NCBI RefSeq assembly: GCF_032444005.1
Contig: NC_091284.1
Coordinates: 307,768,001 to 307,832,000 of the forward strand
DNA length: 64,000 nt
Source: Ranitomeya imitator
Lineage: Eukaryota
Reading direction: 5' to 3'
In this document: positions 56,466 to 64,000 of the stretch, one piece after another
Position numbering within the stretch: position 1 is the first letter of the stretch
Layout: each line of letters starts with the position of its first letter
Position numbers and translations under genes: made by a program
The notes under the pieces: generated by a model
Databases searched by the model: none
Told to the model about the DNA's origin: nothing
What the model saw: the letters and a program-made list of their open reading frames with translations, nothing else

Positions 56466-58843
56466 ATGGCAGCAGGCCGTAAAAGAGACCCAGTTTGGGA
56501 ATATTTTAATGAAGCTCCTTCGCCTATCGGTAAGGCAGGCATGCGTGCAAAATGCAAACGATGCAACAAAGAGATGCAAGGCCTGGTGGCGCGAATGAGG
56601 CAACATCATGAGAAGTGCGGTGATGAAGATGACCAAAGAAACACTTCTGAACAGGCAGGATCTTCAGGTTGGTAAACATTTTTATTGAATCCTATTTCTA
56701 AAGACTGAACTGTCATGTGTGAGAAAAATTATATTTCTTATTATTACTGCATGTTACTGTCATTTGGTACAGTTATGAAGAAAAACAAATATTCCTTTTG
56801 GGGCAGGGGCAGTGATGTGTTGTGTACAATAAGCAGAAATTGTATAAACAATAAAATAACAGCATTGACTTTTTTTGTTTAGGGGAATTCATGGATTCTG
56901 GAAACTATCCACCTCCAAGATCACCATCATCCTGTTCTACAGTTTCAGAGTCATCCATCCAGGATAGTGCTTCATTAGCAGCAGCATCATCATCAGACAC
57001 CCACAGCCACATATCACCATCACCCAAAAGGAAGAAAAAACCTTTACCTCCTGGAACCACCATAGATAGGTTTGTGATAAGAACTAGTAGATTAGAAAAA
57101 GCGTTGATTGATGAAAAAATTGCCCAGTTTATTTATGCAACGAACTCTTCTTTCCGTCTGACTGAGAACCCACATTTCATTAATATGGTTCAGTCACTGA
57201 GACCAGGATACAGTCCACCCAGCAGAGCTGATGTTGCAGGGAAACTGCTGGATCAAGTGTATGACAGAGAAATGGAGAAATGTGCAACAGCTCTGGAGGG
57301 TAAAATTGTTAAAGGGACACTGTCACCTGAATTTGGAGGGAACAATCTTCAGCCATGGAGGCGGGGTTTTGGGGTTTTTGATTCACCCTTTCCTTACCCG
57401 CTAGCTGCATGCTGGCTGCAATATTGGATTGAAGTTCATTTTCTGTCCTCCATAGTACACGCCTGCGCAAGGTAAGATTACCTTGTGCAGGCATGTACTA
57501 CGGAGGACAGAGAATGAACTTCAATCCAATATTGCAGCCAGCATGCAGCCAGCGGGTAAGGAAAGGGTGAATCAAAAACCCCAAAACCCCGCCTCCATGG
57601 CTGAAGATTGTTCCCTCCAAAGTCAGGTGACAGTGTCCCTTTAACCTAAGTATTGATGGGTGGAGTAATGTCCACAATGATCCTATTGTATGTGCTTGTA
57701 TAACAACAGAAGAAGGTAAAGTCTTCCTTGCACAAACAACTGATACGTCAGGAAATGCACACACAGCAGAATACTTACAAGAAGTGGCAGTAAAAGCTAT
57801 AACGACATGTGAACAAAAATTCAAATGTCTAGTACGCAGTTTGGTCACTGTCAATGCTGCAAACGTATCCAAGATGAGAAGAGATTTAGAAGAGCAGGGA
57901 GTGAATACAAAGATGCTAATAACATATGGTTGCAGTGCTCATTTGCTGCACCTCTTAGCCAAAGATTTAAGTGTTCCAGAAATAAAGGCTAATGTTGTTG
58001 AAATTGCTAAATACTTCCGTAATAATCATTTTGCTGCAGCAGCTCTGAAAAGGATGGGTGGAACCAAGCTAACGCTCCCACAAGATGTTAGATGGAACTC
58101 TGTGGTGGACTGTTTTGAGCAGTATATCAAAAACTGGCCTATTCTGATGACACTTTGTGAAGAAAATCGAGATAAAATAGATGGCACTGTCACGGCCAAA
58201 AACATTAGGCTTAAGAGAAATGTTGAACATATGCTGAGCTTCCTGAAACCCATCTCTCAAGCTTTAAACAAAGTACAGAAAAATAGCTGTTTTATTGCGG
58301 ATGCTGTTGAAATTTGGAAGAAACTTGAGTGAACATTTAAAAACAGAACTACACATGGACAGAATTAAATTACAAGCAGTAAACAAACGAATGGGACAAG
58401 CACTGACTCCAGCTCATTTTTTGGCAAATATTGTCAATATCCAATATCAGGGTCAAAACCTAAGTGCTGAGGAAGAGGAGTTAGCTATGACATGGGTATC
58501 CAGCAATCATCCATCTTTAATGCCAACTATAATAAACTTCAGAGCTAAGGGGGAACCATTCAAGAAATATATGTTTGCTGAAGATATTTTAAGGAAGGTC
58601 ACACCAGTAAACTGGTGGAAGTCACTTAAGCGCTTGGAATTAGAGACTGTTCAAGTAATGATTTCACTTTTAACAGCAGTAGCTTCTTCTGCAGGCGCTG
58701 AAAGAATATTCTTTTCCTTTGGACTGATTCATTCTAAATTGAGAAATCGGTTGGGACCCAATAAAGCAGGAAAGCTTGTTTTTCTTTTCCAGATTATGAA
58801 TAGGAACAAAGAAGAAGATGATGATGAAGATGACGACAAGTGA
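56466..58843 (+). pseudogene. Two-exon BED-finger hAT transposase pseudogene (exon 1 56466-56667, intron 56668-56882, exon 2 56883-58843)
   Basis: BED finger W...CKRC...HHEKC; a GT-AG phase-1 intron restores the frame; SIDGWS; VTVNAAN (catalytic D changed to V); hATC WWKS...SSAGAERIF; MITE insertion and a +1 frameshift near 58325. Confidence 0.88.
57313..57640. mobile_element. Kolobok/T2-type palindromic MITE, 328 bp, inside the hAT ORF
   Basis: TTAA TSD on both sides; TIR AGGGACACTGTCACCTGA; removal restores GKIV-NLSIDGWS. Confidence 0.92.
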
Positions 58844-59009
58844 GCTACAGAGGACAGCAGGGACAGTAGTATTTAAGTTTTTCATGTGTCGGCTGGGCTG
58901 ACAGTCTAAGTTTCTTATAATATATATATATTTTGTTTAGCCAAATTAGTTAAACATGGATGTTTGTTTAAGCAAATAACTTGTGCTGTAATGTTGTTAT
59001 TGTTTCAGT

Positions 59010-59535
59010 TGGCTGTCGCTTCTTCCTGTTCTGGCCTCACCTTCTACTGTATGCGGTCACGTGGGGCCGCCGATTACAGTCATGAATATGCGGCTCCACC
59101 CCTATGGGAGGTGGAGCCGCATATTCATTACTGTAAATGAGCGGCCCCACGTGACCGCATACAGGAGAAGATGCGGCCAGGAGAGGAAGCAGCGCCGGCG
59201 AGGGAGCGAGCCGGGTGAGTATTTTCAGAACAGTGGGGGGGACAGCGCTTAATGTAGCGCTGTCTCCTGCACGGCACACAGACAGCACACGGACAACGTC
59301 CGTGTGCGGTACGTGTTTTACACAAACCCATTGACTTTAATGGGTCCGTGTAATACGTGCGCTCCCACGAACACTGGCATGTCTCCGTGTTTGACACACG
59401 GAGACACGGTCCGCAAAAAATCAATGACATCTGAACAGATGCATTGATTTTTATGTGTCTACGTGTGTCAGTGGCTCCGGTACGTGAGGAAACTGTCACC
59501 TCACGTACTGGAACCACTGACGTGTGAAACTGGCC
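59010..59535. mobile_element. Right part of Harbinger MITE family A
   Basis: Near-identical to 1-595; ends GTGTGAAACTGGCC. Confidence 0.8.
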
Positions 59536-59869
59536 TTGTGTCTGCAGCACTGACAGCTTATAAATCATTGCAATGCTTCTGCATTGCTATGCTTTATAAC
59601 TGCGATCAGAGTTGTGAAAGTCAAAGTCCCATAGGGAAACGAAGTTAAAAAAAAAGTTTAAAAAATGATAAAAATATTTTTTTAAATATCACAAAATATT
59701 TTTTTAAATATATTCTATCAATAAATATATATTTTTATAAACAAACAAAAAAATTACACATTTTTGATATCGCCACGTCCGGAATGACCCAACCTACATA
59801 AATGTCCCACTAGTTAACCCCTTCAGTGAACAACGTAAAAGAAATAAATAAAAAAGAAGCCAAAAAACT

Positions 59870-60535
59870 ATGCTTCAACAAAGCTGGCATTGGGCAGGTT
59901 AATCTTTGGGAAGGACATATGAATCAAGCCGCATACAAGGTTATCCTGGAAAAACAGTTGATTTCTTCTGCTCAGGCAATGTTCCCCAACTCTGAGGACT
60001 GTTTTTTCCAGCAGGACAATGCGCCGTGCCACACAGCTAGATAAATCAAGGCGGGGATGAAGGACCACCACATCAAATCCCTGTCATGTCCAGTCCTATC
60101 TCCAGACGACCTAAACCCCACTGAAAACCTCTAGAATGTAATGAAGAGGAAGATGGATAGTCACAAGCCATCAAAGAAAGAAGAACTGCTTAAATTTTTG
60201 TACCAAGAGTGGCATAAGGTCACCCAAAAGCAGTGTGAAAGACTGGTGGAAAGCATGCCATGACGCATGAAAGCTGTGATTAAAAGTCATGGTTATTCCA
60301 CAAAATATTGATTTCTGAACTCTTCCTGAGTTAAAACAATTGTATTGTTGTTTCTATATGATCATGAACTTGTTTTTTTTTCATTATTTAAGGTCTGCAA
60401 AAAATGCATTTTTGTTATTTTGACCATTTCTCATTTTCAGTAAATAAATACAAAATGTATTGCTTGGAAATTTGGAGACATGTTGTCAGTAGTTTATAGA
60501 ATAAAATAACAATTGACATTTTACTCAAAAATATA
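59870..60535 (+). mobile_element. Tc1-like transposase C-terminal fragment
   Basis: FQQDNAPCHTAR...SPDDLNPTENL...KAVIKSHGYSTKY with stops. Confidence 0.85.
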
Positions 60536-60563
60536 TATTTATTGTAAGATAGCGCTAACTGAG

Positions 60564-61337
60564 TGTGTTGGGAAACTCGCTTGGCAGCAGGATTAAAGCA
60601 CTCAGACACGGTTTCTCCACATAAACAGTCTGTCTGGTTTATGTAGACTCATAAACCGCATCACAAAGAGTTCATTATATACATCAACGGAACACATTAA
60701 CCACCAACAGTCTCTTCCAATGGCAGATACTTCTCTGCCCGTAACCCCTTTATCTGGAGTTACCTTACAGGAGCTCCGGCTCCACACACTGACTCCTGTC
60801 AGTCCTGGTTCCCAGGGGAAAGCTGCCTCACTGGGATCACCGTCCTTGTGACCAGGGCACCTCAGATAGTCCAGACCCGCAGTAGGAACTGTAGCTTCCC
60901 CAACACAATAGCCGTCCCAGGCTCTGCAGATACGGCCTCTCCATGCACTGTTCAGGAAGTCCAGTCCTAGGCACTTCCAACATGCAGGCCTTTAGTCCAT
61001 GGTCTCACCATGTGCTTCCTGGAATTCAGTCTACTCCAGGACATTCCAACACACTGACCATTCAGTCTATAGCCTCACCAGGTGCTTCCAGGAAACCAGT
61101 CTACTCCAGGACATTCCGACACACATGCCATGCAATCTGAACCATGTGAGCAATCCCTGGTCACATGTAACTGTAAGCACTCCCATAGATGGGTGTTGTG
61201 TGTGGTTAGCCAGTCCCGCCCAGCTCACCAGATAACCCTGCAAGCCTCCCTTTACAAACTATACAAATACTTGTGGGACTAAAGGTCTCAGAACAACAAT
61301 ACTACAGGCTTACAGCTCAGACTCCCTCTGCGACACA
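60564..61337. mobile_element. LTR-like repeat (possible solo LTR)
   Basis: TGTGT...ACACA termini and internal CAGTCTACTCCAGGACATTCC duplication; no TSD identified. Confidence 0.4.
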
Positions 61338-61442
61338 TACCGGCCATTTACAATCATGCTGGACACTGTTTCATTATCATCATTACAGATGCGCCTCCAT
61401 GCACATCCTGAGGCCTGAGGAACATGTAAAATGGGTCACTGC

Positions 61443-61482
<40 letters not shown>

Positions 61483-61485
<3 letters not shown>

Positions 61486-64000
61486 GATGTAGCGATGTCC
61501 TTGCTGTGCAGTGAATAGGCAGTGACCCATATAAAGTTCAAACAAAGTCTTGTTTATTACACAGCATACTCACAAACCGGAAAAGAAAGTAAACAAGTCC
61601 TTCAGTATGCAGCCGGGAAAAAAAATAACAGCAGTCCATAGTCCGCTGCCGTGAGCGTATTACACCCCCGTGTACGCTGGGGTGTCTGGCTTTTCAGGCT
61701 CTGCCTGGCCCGTGTTTCTCCACACGGAAGGAGCTTTGCACAAGCCTCCTGCAAGGTCTGACTCCCAGACCAGACTGACACACCCAAACTCTCTTGCTGG
61801 GGTTTTTTTTTCTATCATCCAGATTCTATGGCCATGGGCCACTATAAGATCTGGGCTGGAGGAAACGGACCGGCCCCACTACCATCCTGCAGTCCGTTTC
61901 AAAATAAAAGCCTATACCAGGTTTTCCTGAATAAATTCTGGGACAAATAACTTGACCCAGTTCACATTTACTTTTATTCTTCCCTGTGTCTCACAGGCAA
62001 CCTGCTGTGAGCACAGGGCACTCCAGCGGATCTAATATGCTTCTAAGCACATCCTGGGGGACACATAGCGACCCTCGCATATGACACCGGTCACTGCCTC
62101 ACATACCCCCCCCCCCTCTGTTCAGACTTGTGGGGTTGAACATTTGTCAGCATACATGGTGCCCGTGACAGGGCATCTGCATTTCCCTGTGATTTACCAG
62201 CCCGATGTTCCACAGAGAAGCTGAAATTTTGTAGGGACAAGAACTATCTGGTGACTCGGGCATTTCTTTCCTTTGCATTTCTCATCCAGACAAGGGGTGA
62301 ATGGTCTGTTACCAACCGAAACTGACCCCCGAGCAAATAGTAGCGTAGGGACTCCAAGGCCCATTTGATCGCCAAGCACTCCTTCTCCACTACGCTATAA
62401 TTTTTCTCTGCCGGGGTCAGTTTCCTGCTTAAATAGGTGACTGGATGCTCATCCCCGTTCACCTCTTGCGACAGCACCGCTCCTAAGCCTACCTCTGAGG
62501 CATCGGTTTGCACAATAAAGGTTTTCTTGAAGTCGGGGCTGATGAGGACCGGCTGTCCACACAACGCCGACTTCAGAGACTGGAACGCTTCCTCTGCTTG
62601 AGGATTCCACTTGACCATCACCGTTTTCTTCCCTTTTAACAGGTCCGTTAGGGAAGCCGATTTACCAGCAAAATTGGGTATAAACCGACGGTAATACCCA
62701 GTGATGCCAAGGAATGCCCTCACTTGTTTGGAACTTAAGGGCTTGGGCCAGTTTTGAATGGCCTCAATTTTGTTCACTTGAGGTTTGATAACCCCCCGGC
62801 CGATCACGTATCCCAAGTACCGGGCTTCCGTGAGACCTATCGCACATTTCTTTGGGTTTGCTGTTAACCCTGCGGCTCTAAGAGACTCTAGCACTGCTTG
62901 TACCTGGGACAGATGGGTATCCCAGTCGGTACTAAAGATGACTATGTCATCCAAATAGGCTGACTCATAGTCTCTATGTGGCGCTAACACAATGTCCATC
63001 AGCCTCTGAAATGTGGCCGGAGCTCCATGTAACCCAAAAGGTAAGACAACGTATTGAAAGAGACCCTCTGGGGTTATAAAAGCGGTCTTTTCCTTCGCTG
63101 ACTCTGTTAAGGGAACCTGCCAGTAACCTTTCGTGAGATCCAGTGTGATGAAGTACTGGGCCTTCCCCAGTCTCTCAATTAGCTCGTCCACCCGTGGCAT
63201 GGGATACAGGTCAAATTTTGATACTTCATTTAACTTCCTAAAGTCATTACAGAAACGTAATGACCCATCAGGTTTCGGAATTAGTACAATGGGGCTAGCC
63301 CACTCACTTCGGGACTCCTCAATGACTCCCAACTGAAGCATTTGCTTTTCCTCGGCCGCGATGGCTTGCCTTCGGGCTTCTGGCACTCGGTACGGTTTCA
63401 TCCGCACCTTTACCCGGGGCTCAGTGACAATGTCATGCTGAATCACTGAGGTTTGCCCCAGCAGCTCTGAGAATACATCCATATTCTGCTGTACCAAAGC
63501 TCGAGCCTCCCGCCGCTGCTGTTTTGTGAGGGCATCACTGACCTTTACCTCACACCTGGCTGTGTCCTTGGCCAGGGCCAGAGGGACCTCCGATTGTATG
63601 ACCGTAGTTGCATCTGTGACCAAACATTCTCGGTCCTTCCAGGCCTTTAGCAGGTTTACATGGTACAACTGTTCGGGTTTTCTTTTCCCGGGTTGGTACA
63701 CTTTGTAATTCACTTCCCCCACCTTTCCCCGTATCTCATACGGCCCTTGCCACTTGGCCATGAGTTTACTCTCTGGGGTGGGCACTAGTACCAACACCCG
63801 GTCTCCTTCTTTAAAGGACCTGACCGTGGCCCTTTTATTATAGGTACGGCTCTGAGCGGCCTGGGCATCCAACAGTTGCTCCTTTACGATGGGTTGCACG
63901 ACTGCAATCCGATCCTGCATACTTGCCACATACTCGATAACACTCTTATGTGGAGTGGGCTCCTGTTCCCACGTCTCTTTGGCTACATCCAACAGCCCCC
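61483..64000 (-). mobile_element. Gmr1-like Gypsy LTR retrotransposon, 3' part (LTR 61483-62103, PPT 62104-62118, pol)
   Basis: Pol ORF 62244-63992 runs integrase C-terminus (WQGPY) then RT (YLDD) then RNase H (TDAS...EKECLA); TG...CA LTR after a G-run PPT; abuts (TA)n. Confidence 0.93.

Larger units (their letters stand above)
55809..59010 (+). mobile_element. hAT transposon, right end deleted
   Basis: Left TIR CAGGGTGGATAAAAATC; subterminal ATTTAAATCGGATTTTTTT repeats; no matching right TIR. Confidence 0.85.

Noticed and set aside
42869-64000. ITPR3 exon 14 (FVIQLLEDLVFF...)
   Set aside because: No matching translation with splice sites found; presumed beyond the window end

Overview
Vertebrate genomic DNA with a repeat landscape typical of a large-genome frog. 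A hyloid, possibly dendrobatid, source is an inference from recognised repeat families and is unverified. The window lies inside one plus-strand gene, the type 3 inositol 1,4,5-trisphosphate receptor (ITPR3). Ten consecutive GT-AG coding exons are present (human-equivalent exons 4-13; 979-42868), covering the end of the suppressor domain, the IP3-binding beta-trefoil and the start of the armadillo region. The remaining ~98% is intron, dominated by nested transposable elements, especially the 28.3-kb intron 9 and the >21-kb intron 13. These include seven Tc1-like elements (two with intact DD34E ORFs), an env-less class I endogenous retrovirus with an amber gag-pol junction, a Gmr1-like Gypsy element, solo LTRs, a spliced BED-finger hAT pseudogene, an L1 fragment, a V-SINE, Helitrons, and Harbinger/piggyBac/Kolobok/hAT/Tc2-type MITEs. 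The most unusual signals are three Penelope-like terminal repeats carrying hammerhead-ribozyme folds with non-canonical 3-8 core pairs (one A3-U8 in the sense strand of the ITPR3 pre-mRNA). Also notable are tandem in-frame donors at the SI-equivalent exon, a 75-bp VNTR whose unit carries splice signals, and a fold-back duplication inside that VNTR. Most ORFs in the supplied track are artefacts of minisatellites or alternative frames of TEs. All calls were made by eye; no searches were run.
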